Part shown: in pieces, positions 1-8,589 of the stretch
Layout of the letters: every line of letters begins with the position of its first letter
Numbering within the stretch: position 1 is the stretch's first letter
Assembly: GCA_000998135.1 (NCBI GenBank)
Contig: LCCV01000009.1
Location: forward strand, 1-60,035
Direction: 5' to 3'
Origin: Parcubacteria group bacterium GW2011_GWA2_42_14
GTDB taxonomy: Bacteria > Patescibacteriota > Minisyncoccia > Sungbacterales > GWA2-42-14
DNA length: 60,035 bases
Notes under the pieces: generated by a model
The model's input: only the letters and a program-made list of their open reading frames with translations
Told to the model about the DNA's origin: nothing
Databases searched by the model: none
Program-made: the position numbers and the translations under genes

Positions 1-1
1 T

Positions 2-544
2 TTTATTGTGAGATTTCAGTATGTGCTCTACCATTCTTTCATACTACCACCCTTCCTATTCGGTTCCTACCGATGCAAGCATCGGGGTAAAGTTAGAATG
101 TACCCGAATGTTAAAGAACCGCATGAGGACCCGCGGCTGGATGAAGCGGATAGGGGAATTTGGCACACGATGACCAAAGAGGATATTGAAAAATTTATGC
201 CTTGGGAAATTAAGCGTAAAAATAGGGTCGGGTTGTATCGTTATCGTCCGTTTGGGGGCGAGTCCTGGCCGCAGGTTGAGTTGCGTATTCATAGTTTCTT
301 GGGAACGCTTGCCCGGGACTACTCGGGAGACAGAGTGTTGATTGTTGGTCACGGAAACTGGTTCATCTTATTTCAGCGTTTGATTCACCACTTTTCAATT
401 AAGGAAGCGGAAAGACGGTATCATGAAGCGGTATTAGAAAATACATCAATCACCGTTTATGAAGAAGCGGCAATCGGCGGGAAATCACGCATGGTCTTAA
501 ACAAGAAATACGACAATTTTGTTCCGTGGAAAGGTCTGTTATAA
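2..544 (+). CDS. histidine phosphatase superfamily protein (phosphoglycerate-mutase-like), 5' end outside window
   Basis: Frame is open to the window edge. FGGESWPQV and VLIVGHGNWF match the GGES and C-terminal HG motifs of branch-1 histidine phosphatases. The N-terminal RHG motif is absent, so the start lies upstream. Confidence 0.6.
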   Translation, partial: FIVRFQYVLYHSFILPPFLFGSYRCKHRGKVRMYPNVKEPHEDPRLDEADRGIWHTMTKEDIEKFMPWEIKRKNRVGLYRYRPFGGESWPQVELRIHSFLGTLARDYSGDRVLIVGHGNWFILFQRLIHHFSIKEAERRYHEAVLENTSITVYEEAAIGGKSRMVLNKKYDNFVPWKGLL

Positions 545-548
545 TATA

Positions 549-570
549 GAGGCGGATACCCCGCCTTTTA
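549..570 (+). terminator. rho-independent terminator
   Basis: gaggcgg-atacc-ccgcct hairpin followed by tttt, directly after the stop codon. Confidence 0.6.
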
Positions 571-596
571 AAATTTCAATATTTTTTAATCAAAAT

Positions 597-630
597 AACA
601 TTCTCATATTCTTGAGAATATGAGAATGTT
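597..630. promoter_or_regulatory. perfect 15-bp stem / 4-nt loop hairpin abutting the mpg start codon
   Basis: aacattctcatattc-ttga-gaatatgagaatgtt. It ends 6 nt before the ATG at 637 and occupies the position where an SD would sit. Confidence 0.5.
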
Positions 631-636
631 TATTTC

Positions 637-1263
637 ATGAAAAAAATTTTAAAACAAGATTTTTTTGACCGGCTGACGCTTATTGCTGCCAAAGAATTGC
701 TTGGCAAATTTTTGGTCAGGCGATTTCCGCGCCAGTCCGCGCTTGCCCCGTTAGATAAAATATCTAACGGGGTGAATACTCGTAAATCCGCGCGCCGCGA
801 GGTCGCGGCGATGATTACCGAAGTTGAGGCATATATTGGACCAAAAGATAAGGCGTCACACGCCTCGCGCGGAAAAACAAAAAGGAGCAAAGTAATGTTC
901 GGTAAGCCCGGCCATTGGTATGTTTATTTGATTTATGGAATGCATTATTGCTTGAATATTGTTACGGAGAAAGAAAACTATCCCGCCGCCGTTTTAGTTC
1001 GCTCGTTGGCTGTAGTAGATAATAGTCGGAAGCCCATAATTAATAATTCAAAATTCATAATTCAAGTAAAGGGGCCTGGGCGGGTGTGCAAATATTTTAA
1101 GATTGATAAGAGTTTTAATGAAAAACCGGCTTTGCAAAAAACCGGTTTATGGATTGAAGACAGGGGAGTTAAAATAAATCCGCGCTTGATTAAACGCGGA
1201 AAAAGAATCGGCGTGGATTATGCCGGAAAATGGAAAGATAAACCCTGGAGATTTTATATTTAA
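637..1263 (+). CDS. mpg: DNA-3-methyladenine glycosylase (MPG/AAG family)
   Basis: EVEAYIGPKDKASHASRGKTKRSKVMFGKPGHWYVYLIYGMHYCLNIV is the conserved core of the MPG family. It carries an extra insert of about 25 aa (nt 721-812) encoded by a hairpin/CCGCG-word element. Confidence 0.85.
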   Translation: MKKILKQDFFDRLTLIAAKELLGKFLVRRFPRQSALAPLDKISNGVNTRKSARREVAAMITEVEAYIGPKDKASHASRGKTKRSKVMFGKPGHWYVYLIYGMHYCLNIVTEKENYPAAVLVRSLAVVDNSRKPIINNSKFIIQVKGPGRVCKYFKIDKSFNEKPALQKTGLWIEDRGVKINPRLIKRGKRIGVDYAGKWKDKPWRFYI

Positions 1264-1274
1264 TAACTTCTCAG

Positions 1275-1526
1275 TTATTTATCTAAGGTTTCTGCGGCCA
1301 ATTTTGCGTAAATATATATATCCCGCATTATTCGAAACCCTTTTAATGTTAATATGTACATAAACTCTCTATTATTTTGAAATGTTGATGTTGCGATAAG
1401 TCCGCCGCGCGCAAAGATTTGCAGTATTTTTAAAACTGGTTCTCTCGCGAGTTCAAGCGCGTCCATAATTTTTTTGGATGTCGGTCCCCGCGGATAATTT
1501 TTATATTCAACCCACAAAAGCTTCAT
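1275..1526 (-). CDS. small winged-helix DNA-binding protein; may continue upstream across an in-frame TAG
   Basis: wHTH-like RVMKLLW...PTSKKIMDALELAREPVLKILQIFARGGLI. The same frame stays open upstream to an ATG at 1727, interrupted only by TAG at 1599-1601. Confidence 0.45.
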   Translation of the reverse strand: MKLLWVEYKNYPRGPTSKKIMDALELAREPVLKILQIFARGGLIATSTFQNNREFMYILTLKGFRIMRDIYIYAKLAAETLDK

Positions 1527-1896
1527 TACCCGTAAACCGTTTTCAGTTTTTAAAATTTTTGCCGCTTCAATTTCCGGTGAACGGAGCTCGTAATAACGCT
1601 ACGCTATATTTGCTATGGTCTCAACCGGACGAATCCATTGCAGAATACCTGGTCGGTTTTGAAAAAGATGAAGCGGCGCTTCGGTTATTTCAAAAAGCGC
1701 TCTTGCCAATTTTTTCATTTCTTCCATATTACTTGAAGTATCCACAGCTTACCATTTGCCGCTTGACATATTTTTTTAAGAGATTACAATTAAAGCAAAT
1801 ATGGTTAAAATTGTACAAAAGAGCAATAAACAAGCGGCTATTTGCTGGTTTTTTCCAGGTTATGGAGGACATTTAAAGCCAGCAACCTAAAAATCC

Positions 1897-2286
1897 GTGG
1901 TTTTCGAAACTGCGAAATTTGAGAGGCCGCTTGGAAAAGCGGTAATTTTATTTAAAGCTTCAAATTTAATGGAACTTACTCCGGAAAAAATAGATAAAAT
2001 TACGGAAGCAATAAGAAAGGAGGATAAAAGACGTAAAAAGGGCGGAAAAATAGAAACCATAGAAGGAATTGATATTGGAGACCAAGTTCGCTGTTTTACC
2101 TTTTATGGAAATGAAAATTTAAATGGCAAAAACGCGCATTATTTGGAGGGAATTGTTAGGGTTAAGGAAGTAGATGTTTATTGGATTGATATTGAAAAAG
2201 AAATTATCAACGGTAAGGAAGATTATGGCCGTAAAGGAGATCGTGTTCCCGTAGATGCTAGTCCGGCCATAATAAAAAAGATTTAG
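1897..2286 (+). CDS. hypothetical protein
   Basis: 129-aa ORF (GTG start, internal ATG possible) with no recognisable motif. Confidence 0.35.
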   Translation: MVFETAKFERPLGKAVILFKASNLMELTPEKIDKITEAIRKEDKRRKKGGKIETIEGIDIGDQVRCFTFYGNENLNGKNAHYLEGIVRVKEVDVYWIDIEKEIINGKEDYGRKGDRVPVDASPAIIKKI

Positions 2287-2432
2287 AGTTCATAATCTGT
2301 AAATCGGTAAATTGCAGTTTACATATTTTTTGCAAATTGCGGTGTGTTGATTTGATATTATGAAAGAACGGAAAGAAACTTGACAATATCTTGCTTAGCA
2401 AGATCGCAGACATATAGAGATTTAATGCAGAC

Positions 2433-2482
2433 GGCCGCGGAAATTCCGCGAAAATCCGCGTTATGTCCGCGTAGGTCAGCGT
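2433..2482 (+). repeat. direct array of CCGCG words (period 10-11 nt) in the 23S leader
   Basis: ccgcggaaatt ccgcgaaaat ccgcgttatgt ccgcgtaggt cagcg. Confidence 0.7.
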
Positions 2483-2683
2483 TCTCGCAGGAGCGAGAAA
2501 AAATACCAAATTTAGTATAGAGCAGGTAATAAATATAAGGGCGTATGGTGGATGCCTAGGGATATCGAGGCGATGAAGGACGTTGCGTGCCTGCGATAAG
2601 CTACGGGGAGGTGGCAAGCAACCTTTGATCCGTAGATTTCCGAATGGGGAAACCCCGCCGTGCAAAACACGGTGACCGAGCAC

Positions 2684-3033
2684 TCATTTTTGGACTATAA
2701 AAAACCAGCATATATTAGCTGGTTTACTTTCGAACCGAATTTCTATTGTTATGCAATTTGTATAATTTTGCACAAATTAAGAGTATAACAATGTATAGTA
2801 TAGGAATTGGGTATAGTATTAGATTAACTATGGTATAAATTTTTCTGCCAAATGGTACATGAAAAAAATCACAGATTGATGATTCTGTAGAAATTCCTAC
2901 CAAAATACAAAGTAACAAACCTAGTATATATAACACAAACAAAGTGATTAGCATGAAAGTCTCCTGTTTTTTGTGCAAAGTTCTTATTAGAGAGTAGCAA
3001 ATATATCAATAAATGTCAAGAGTCCAAAAATGA
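2684..3033 (+). other. 23S intervening sequence IVS-1 (helix-tip insertion, domain I)
   Basis: Flanked by perfect 19-bp inverted arms gagcactcatttttggact (2678-2696) and agtccaaaaatgagtgctc (3021-3039). It lies between the conserved ccgaatggggaaacc and gaaacatctcagta blocks. Confidence 0.85.
2724..2954 (-). CDS. small membrane protein (76 aa, two hydrophobic segments), antisense to 23S
   Basis: AGGAG (2961-2965) sits 6 nt upstream of the ATG at 2954. TTGACA (3014-3019), 17 nt, TACTCT (2991-2996) form a promoter. The terminator hairpin accagc/gctggt plus T-run (2698-2723) sits right after the stop. The track ORF start at 2978 lies upstream of the SD. Confidence 0.6.
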   Translation of the reverse strand: MLITLFVLYILGLLLCILVGISTESSICDFFHVPFGRKIYTIVNLILYPIPILYIVILLICAKLYKLHNNRNSVRK

Positions 3034-3087
3034 GTGCTCGGAGCGTACCCGCTGAAGTGAAACATCTCAGTAAGCGGAGGAAAATAA

Positions 3088-3203
3088 AAAAATGCTTCGC
3101 ATTTTTTTCGCAGAATAAGCAGACAGTACGCTGAATTACGCAGAATTTTTCTGCGTATTTCTGCGTTTCTTCTGCGAATTTCTGCGAAGGGAATGCGCAG
3201 CGC
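3088..3203 (+). other. 23S IVS-2: ORF-less periodic-word hairpin (CGCAG / CTGCG words)
   Basis: Inserted between ggaggaaaataaa and attcccttagtagcggcgagcg. The arms are cgcagaa... and ttctgcg repeated every 10-11 nt around acgcagaatttttctgcgt. Confidence 0.75.
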
Positions 3204-3714
3204 ATTCCCTTAGTAGCGGCGAGCGAAAAGGGATCAGCCTAGATTGAGCATTTTTCAGATTATATCAAAAAATTTGCTTGAAGTTATAAGACATGATTAT
3301 GGTTTAATCCGAGAGGGAAGCGTTATATTAGAAGAACGGTCCTGGAAAGGCCGGCCAAAGCGGGTAATAGCCCCGTATTCGAAAATTTAAACGCACTCTT
3401 TATCATGTTCTTGAGTACTGCCCCGTATGAAGTCTGGGCAGGAAGTAGGCGGAACTAGACCGCCAAGGCTAAATACTCGATGTCACCGATAGTGAACCAG
3501 TACCGTGAGGGAAAGGTGAAAAGTAGCCCGTTTAGGGCAGTGAAATAGTACCTGAAACCATACGTTTACAAGGAGACAACGCCCGAAACCCGCAAGGGTT
3601 TTTAGGGCTATGTCGTGCCTATTGAAGAATGAGCCAACGAGTTCTTGGATTCTACTCGTTTAAGTGCCCAACGGCACAAAAGCATAGCGAAAGCGAGTGT
3701 TAATAGCGCGTTTT

Positions 3715-3998
3715 AGTTCTTAGTTTTTAGGTGTCAGATTTTAGATTATTAAAAAAACCAGAAAGTGTCTGGCTTAGTTAGGCATATCGCCTTTGATTAT
3801 GATCACATACAAGGCGTTACCGAAAGTTAAGATTGTTGCAGATAGGAAAAGAACAAAAAATCCGTTGATGAGATATTCGATCGGGATGCAGATCATTCGT
3901 GGATTCTCCAATGAAAACGAACTATGCTGATATATTAACAAATATAATTTAAAAGTCAAGTAGTCTAGAATCTGGCACCTATCAACTATGAACTATAG
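3715..3998 (+). other. 23S IVS-3 (long-stem insertion, domain II)
   Basis: Lies between gcgaaagcgagtgttaatagcgcg and aaagacccgaaacc. The imperfect arms are agttcttagtttttaggtgtcagattttagatt and agtctagaatctggcacctatcaactatgaact. Confidence 0.75.
3774..3896 (-). CDS. 40-aa hydrophobic peptide, antisense to 23S
   Basis: MICIPIEYLINGFFVLFLSATILTFGNALYVIIIKGDMPN. GGAGAA (3904-3909) is 7 nt from the ATG. TTGACT (3954-3959), 16 nt, TAATAT (3932-3937) form a promoter. The terminator is ccaga/tctgg plus T7 (3751-3773). The track start at 3959 would lie upstream of the predicted TSS. Confidence 0.55.
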   Translation of the reverse strand: MICIPIEYLINGFFVLFLSATILTFGNALYVIIIKGDMPN

Positions 3999-4406
3999 GT
4001 AGAATTCAAAAGACCCGAAACCTCGTGAGCTTACCATGAGCAGGTTGAACCCCTGAGAAATCAGGGGGGAGGACCGAACCGGTTGGTCGTGCAACGCCTT
4101 CGGATGACTTGTGGTAAGGAGTGAAAAGCTAATCGAACGAGGAAATAGCTGGTTCTCTCCGAAATAGTTTTTGGACTAGCCTCGGATCACGCTCCGCGGT
4201 ACATGAGGGGAAGAGCCCAGACCATAAACTAAGGTCCCCAAATCTATGTTAAGTGGCAAAGGTGGTGGAAATTCTCAAACAGCAAGGAGGTTGGCTTAGA
4301 AGCAGCCATCCTTTAAAGAGTGCGTAACAGCTCACTTGTCAAGAGTTTCTGCGCCTAAAATTTAACGGGGCTAAACATAGTACCGAAGTTATGGGTGTCG
4401 TGCCTC

Positions 4407-4517
4407 ACTCGTGTGAGGCACGCGCGGACGGTCGCGGACTGGACGCGGAAGGTCGCAGAATTTTTCTGCGTAATTCCGCGTTAGTTCTGCGCGTTCAGCG
4501 CGTGACTCGCAGTAGCG
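4407..4517 (+). other. 23S IVS-4 in helix 45 (classical IVS site): ORF-less periodic-word hairpin
   Basis: Inserted in the hairpin gtgtcgtgcctc...gaggcacgacgc that follows ggggctaaacatagtaccgaag. The arms are built of gcgg/gcag and ctgcg/ccgcg words. Confidence 0.75.
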
Positions 4518-5072
4518 AGGCACGACGCGGTAGGAGAGCATTTCAAACGCAGTGAAGGTTGACCCGCGAGGGCAACTGGAGTGTTTGGAAGAGAGAATGT
4601 TGGCACAAGTAACCACAAGACAGGTGAAAACCCTGTCCGCCGAAAACCCAAGGTTTCCTTGGCAATGCCAATCATCCAAGGTTTAGTCGGCCCTAAGGCC
4701 ATGGCGAAAGCCGTAACCGATGGACAGCTGGTTAATATTCCAGCACTGTTTTACGCATCGATGGCGTGACGGAGCAAAGTATATTAAGCATATTATTGGA
4801 TTTATGTTCGTGTCTTAAGGATTGAGCGTAGGCAAATCCGCGCTCGGGGGTTATGCCCGAATCCAAATGAAGCGAAAATCATGCGGGGCAACCCAATTGA
4901 AATTTAATAAAGCTTGCTTCCCAGAAAAACGTCTAAGATTATGCGTAAAGCAACCGTACCGGAAACCGACACAGGTGGGTTGGTCGAGTAGACTAAGGCG
5001 AACGAGTGAGTCTTCGTTAAGGAACTAGGCAAAAAAGCAGCCGTAAGTTCGCAATATGGCTTGCCCGGCACC

Positions 5073-5391
5073 TTTTGGATTATGACAAATAAAAAATGCT
5101 CCCCAAGAAGGGAGCGAATGCGAGAGGACTAACCCAATTTACCGGGGACTCTCGTAATATGAGGAATTTCAGCGATTACTTTGAGGAGTTTTTTTCCAGA
5201 ACCCCTTTTTGTGAGAAGTTCGCGGGCGATTTTATTGTTGTCTGCGTCATCTGCGTGGAAAAGATCTTCTAATTGTCCATTTCTATTTTCAATTATGTAT
5301 TGACAATTCATTAGATTTCTCCGCGGTAATGTGGATTGGAACTAACTCCAGCATAAGTTAAAATTATTATTTGTCAAGTCGTAATTCAAAA
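5073..5391 (+). other. 23S IVS-5 (helix-tip insertion, domain IV)
   Basis: Arms caccttttggattatgacaaata and tatttgtcaagtcgtaattcaaaaggtg lie between ccgtaagttcgcaatatggc and ggctgcaacaaaag...accaaaaacacag. Confidence 0.8.
5129..5311 (-). CDS. 60-aa hydrophilic protein, antisense to 23S
   Basis: GGAGAA (5317-5322) is 5 nt from the ATG. TTGACA (5373-5378), 16 nt, TATGCT (5351-5356) form a promoter. The terminator is gctccc/gggagc plus T-run (5092-5116). Confidence 0.5.
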   Translation of the reverse strand: MNCQYIIENRNGQLEDLFHADDADNNKIARELLTKRGSGKKLLKVIAEIPHITRVPGKLG

Positions 5392-5415
5392 GGTGCTGGG
5401 CTGCAACAAAAGTAC

Positions 5416-5446
<31 letters not shown>

Positions 5447-5601
5447 CCTGCTAACTCGTAAGAGGATGTATAGGGGCTGACGCCTGACCGATGCGGGAAG
5501 GTTAAGCATTGTTGTTATGGGATTGAGATTATATCAATGTTTTATAGCGCATGATGCCAAGCCCCCGTCAATGTCAGCAATAACTATAATTGTTCTAAGG
5601 T

Positions 5602-6352
5602 GAATTATGTTGCCTTAGTAAAATCTGGCTATATCGGTGAACACCTCATTATGCGAGACACATAGTGAGACAATACCGAGGGAAGTCGCCTGCTCAAATT
5701 TTTAAACTTTTATTTAAATTATTAAAAGAAAAACCCACACGGATTAAATCATGTGTGGGTGCAATCTATGAGGTTTGGGCTTAAACGAGCTTAAACTTTG
5801 TGCCTAAGTACCAGAATAGCCTTATCTCCTTTTTTTGACCTTGGAAGACCGTGAAGTCCAAATGGAGCCGTATCAAACTGGTCAACATAAAGCGGACTAT
5901 CATAAGAGCTTGGAATAAGGTCGCTCATTAACCGCAATGCTGTTACTTCCCTATCTGTGCGAGCAAACATTACGATTTTCAAAGATGGTTTGTTGACTCG
6001 AATTCGATATGACAGCCTCATGCCAATCCTCCTTTTAGGATAGTTGTGTTATGCTAACAATAGCATATTGAAAAAGAATTGTCAAGAGTTTAAAAATTTG
6101 AGCGGGTTGACCCCGTAGAGACTACACGCTGGATCGAGCACCTTTCATGTTCGGAATTTGTATGCGGTTTGCAAACATTACAGATGTTAAGTAACTGCAT
6201 CAAAAAATTTCAATGTGAGAAAGGTGCTCGAAAGATATAGTCCGAACTCCATGGCGACATGGAGAGCTAAGCAGAAATGACTTAGCCAGTAACATTCCGC
6301 GACTGTCCGCGTTAAGTCCGCGTATGTCTGCGGTTGTTATAGTAACAACATG
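5602..6352 (+). mobile_element. group I intron A at E. coli-equivalent site about 1931
   Basis: Exon joins as ctaaggt|agcgcaattcc (E. coli CUAAGGU|AGCGAAAUUCC). The 5' exon ends in U and the intron ends in G. It has the core element aagatatagtccgaac and shared blocks atatcggtg, ataccgagggaagt and accccgtagagact. Confidence 0.8.
5791..6021 (-). CDS. 76-aa protein of unknown function, antisense, inside a loop of intron A
   Basis: AGGAGG (6028-6033) is 6 nt from the ATG. TTGACA (6080-6085), 17 nt, TATTGT (6057-6062) form a promoter. The terminator is cccacac/gtgtggg plus T-run (5727-5760). The cassette is closed by the stem gctcaaatttttaaac / gtttaaaaatttgagc. Confidence 0.55.
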   Translation of the reverse strand: MRLSYRIRVNKPSLKIVMFARTDREVTALRLMSDLIPSSYDSPLYVDQFDTAPFGLHGLPRSKKGDKAILVLRHKV

Positions 6353-6529
6353 AGCGCAATTCCTTTTCGGGTAAGTTCCGAAGCGCACGAAAGGCGTAAC
6401 GACTGGAGGACTGTCTCAACGAAGAGCTCGGTGAAAATACAATGCCGGTGAAGATGCCGGCTACCTGCAGTTAGACGAAAAGACCCCGGGAGCTTTACTG
6501 TAGCTTGATATTGGGTCTAGGAACACCGC

Positions 6530-6733
6530 TTTTTCTACAAAATTAAAATGCCGCATAAAGCGGCAATGGATTAAACAAAAAATGGCCAAATGACGAGAGG
6601 AATAAGAAAAATTACCACTGCAAAAATTGTCATAGCATCTAGGACGATCATTTTCTATCCCCTCGCGATTCTTATAAAAGGCCTAAGAAAAGTTTAATCC
6701 AAAAGACATTTATTGTCAATGTTTGCAGAAAAA
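6530..6733 (+). other. 23S IVS-6 (helix-tip insertion, domain V 5' part)
   Basis: Arms caccgctttttctacaaa (6524-6541) and tttgcagaaaaagcggtg (6722-6739) lie between gctttactgtagcttgatattgg and gacagtgtctggtgggcagtttg. Confidence 0.8.
6571..6651 (-). CDS. 26-aa hydrophobic peptide, antisense to 23S (below ORF-track cutoff)
   Basis: MIVLDAMTIFAVVIFLIPLVIWPFFV. GAGGGG (6659-6664) is 7 nt from the ATG. TTGACA (6714-6719), 17 nt, TAAACT (6691-6696) form a promoter. The terminator is gccgc/gcggc plus T-run (6545-6564). Confidence 0.5.
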   Translation of the reverse strand: MIVLDAMTIFAVVIFLIPLVIWPFFV

Positions 6734-6940
6734 GCGGTGAAACCTGATTGAGACAGTGTCTGGTGGGCAGTTTGTTTGGGGCGAAATTCTCCTAAAAAGT
6801 AACGGAGAAGTCCAAAGGTCAGCTTAAGACGGATGGAAACCGTCTGTGACGTGTAAAGGCAAAAGCTGGCTTAACTCCGAGGCGGACATGCCGAGGAGAT
6901 ACGAAAGTATGGCTTAGTGAACCGATGGCCATGTCTTGTT

Positions 6941-7058
6941 TTCGACAAGACCGCAGAATAACGCAGACAGCACGCGGAAGGTCGCAGAATTTTTTCTGCG
7001 TAATTCTGCGTCAGTTCTGCGAGTGTCTGCGATCTTGCGGAAGCAAGATACTTACTAG
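6941..7058 (+). other. 23S IVS-7: ORF-less periodic-word hairpin
   Basis: Inserted in the hairpin cttgtt...aacaag between gtgaaccgatggcc and ggccaaagattaacggataaaag. Its core of about 50 nt (6972-7021) is nearly identical to 4443-4491. Confidence 0.75.
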
Positions 7059-7074
7059 AACAAGGCCAAAGATT

Positions 7075-7111
<37 letters not shown>

Positions 7112-7150
7112 GCTTCCAAGAGTCCATATCGACGAAGCGGATCGGCACCT

Positions 7151-7749
7151 TGAACATATCGGGGTGCTATGCCAGTAATGGCATACCTGGGAATATTTGG
7201 AGAATATTCCAAAATAAAAATCTCGCTAATATCGGTGAAGTTCTATTGAATTTTGAACCAATTTTGATAGGATAATACCGAGGGAAGTTATTTTTTCTCT
7301 TATAGGTCGAATAGTTATTATTTACTTAACCAAGTTTACTTTTATGGGAATAGAGTCATGGCCAAAGCCGTTTCAAGAACGGCCGGCAGATTTTATAGAA
7401 ATAGAAGAGGAAGAAAGGCGACGGGAGAAAGAAAGAATAAAAAGAGAAAAAGAATTACAAAAAGAAAAAGAAAAGCCCAACCCTCTTCTTAATAAAGAAA
7501 GAGTAAAAGAAGAACTGGAGAAACTGGAGAAAGAAGAAAAAAAATAACCCCGTAGAGACTTTAATCTGATTCATTCAGATTAGGATATTTTGCTTTTAGC
7601 AAAATATAATACGCGAGCCCCTAATTCCGTTGTAAGCGGAACGGGTGAAGATATAGTCCATGCCTCTAGTAATAGAGGAAGTTTCGTAATTTCTGCGTGA
7701 TTCCGCGTTAATTCCGCGTGAGTCCGCGGTTTTGCGAAGCAAAACATAC
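7151..7749 (+). mobile_element. group I intron B at about site 2500 (boundaries +/-3 nt)
   Basis: Splits ggcacct | cgatgtcggctc (E. coli GGCACCU|CGAUGUCGG). It shares atatcggtgaag, gataataccgagggaagtt, aaccccgtagagact and ggtgaagatatagtcc with introns A and C. I could not place a canonical terminal G. Confidence 0.65.
7344..7547 (+). CDS. 67-aa Glu/Lys-rich ORF in a loop of intron B (sense)
   Basis: ORF fills the segment between ccgagggaagt and accccgtagagact. It has no clear SD, and the low-complexity EEEERRREKERIKREKELQKEKEK may be non-coding. Confidence 0.3.
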   Translation: MGIESWPKPFQERPADFIEIEEEERRREKERIKREKELQKEKEKPNPLLNKERVKEELEKLEKEEKK

Positions 7750-7780
7750 GATGTCGGCTCAACTTAGCGCGGGGCTGGAG

Positions 7781-8529
7781 AAAACAAACCTTCTCTCTCT
7801 CGCGGAAACGCGAGAGTAATAAATGAGCTCAAAACGGTGAAGACTTCACATGTGATGTGGATATCGGGAATTGCGAAATTCGCAGGTCCCAGGTATCATA
7901 GTTATATGAATGTTAACGCCGTGGGAAAAGAGCTTGCTGAAGTCGAGCGAGCATATATAGCAGGTTTTTTGGATGCAGATGGAGCAATTATGGCTCTTAT
8001 AGAAAAGCACTCCGAAAAACACTTTGGCTATAGAGTAAGGATTGCTGTAAAAATCACTCAACGGGATCGAAAGATTCTTGATTGGTTTTGCGGCAAGTGG
8101 CGGAAGGGGTCCGTCAAGAAAAACAGAACTGCATTTGATTGGATCACGCGTGATCAAAAGATTGCCAAAATGATTCTGACGGTTCTGCTTCCTTACTTGA
8201 AAGTTAAAAAGAAACAGGCAGAAATTGCACTAAAAATTCTTAATTCTGAATTGCGGGTGCGTTCTGACCTTATTAAAGTTGCTCGTCTCGCAGATGCATT
8301 ATCAAAGTTTAATGTTCGATCAAAAAATCGACGTAAAAATTTTGCCACAATGATCCAAGCAAGCACTTCCCCTAACGACTGAACAATGCTGCCTTAAACA
8401 GCAACGTGAGATAGAAACGTACATACGTTTCTATAATACGGCTCACACCTATGTTTCAACCGGTAACGGTTGCAAATACGGTGATGGAATAGTCTGATAC
8501 CTGAAGAAATTCAGGAAAACAACAAAATG
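7781..8529 (+). mobile_element. group I-like intron D with LAGLIDADG ORF, at about site 2532 (boundaries +/-3 nt)
   Basis: Splits ggggctggag | aggtcccaagcg (E. coli GGGGCUGAAGUAGGUCCCAAGGG). It has the P-like hairpin ctctcgcggaaacgcgagag and the core-like element ggtgatggaatagtctgatacc. Confidence 0.65.
7906..8382 (+). CDS. LAGLIDADG homing endonuclease (single-motif, I-CreI-like size)
   Basis: YIAGFLDADGAIMA motif, about 158 aa from the ATG at 7906 (the track ORF starts at an upstream GTG at 7837). It is located in an rRNA intron. Confidence 0.85.
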   Translation: MNVNAVGKELAEVERAYIAGFLDADGAIMALIEKHSEKHFGYRVRIAVKITQRDRKILDWFCGKWRKGSVKKNRTAFDWITRDQKIAKMILTVLLPYLKVKKKQAEIALKILNSELRVRSDLIKVARLADALSKFNVRSKNRRKNFATMIQASTSPND

Positions 8530-8589
8530 AGGTCCCAAGCGTTCGGCTGTTCGCCGATTAAAAAGTTACGCGAGCTGGGTTCAAACCGT

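Noticed and set aside
1478-1876. 132-aa plus-strand ORF
   Set aside because: It is antisense to the wHTH gene and its upstream frame. The composition is unconvincing and it has no SD.
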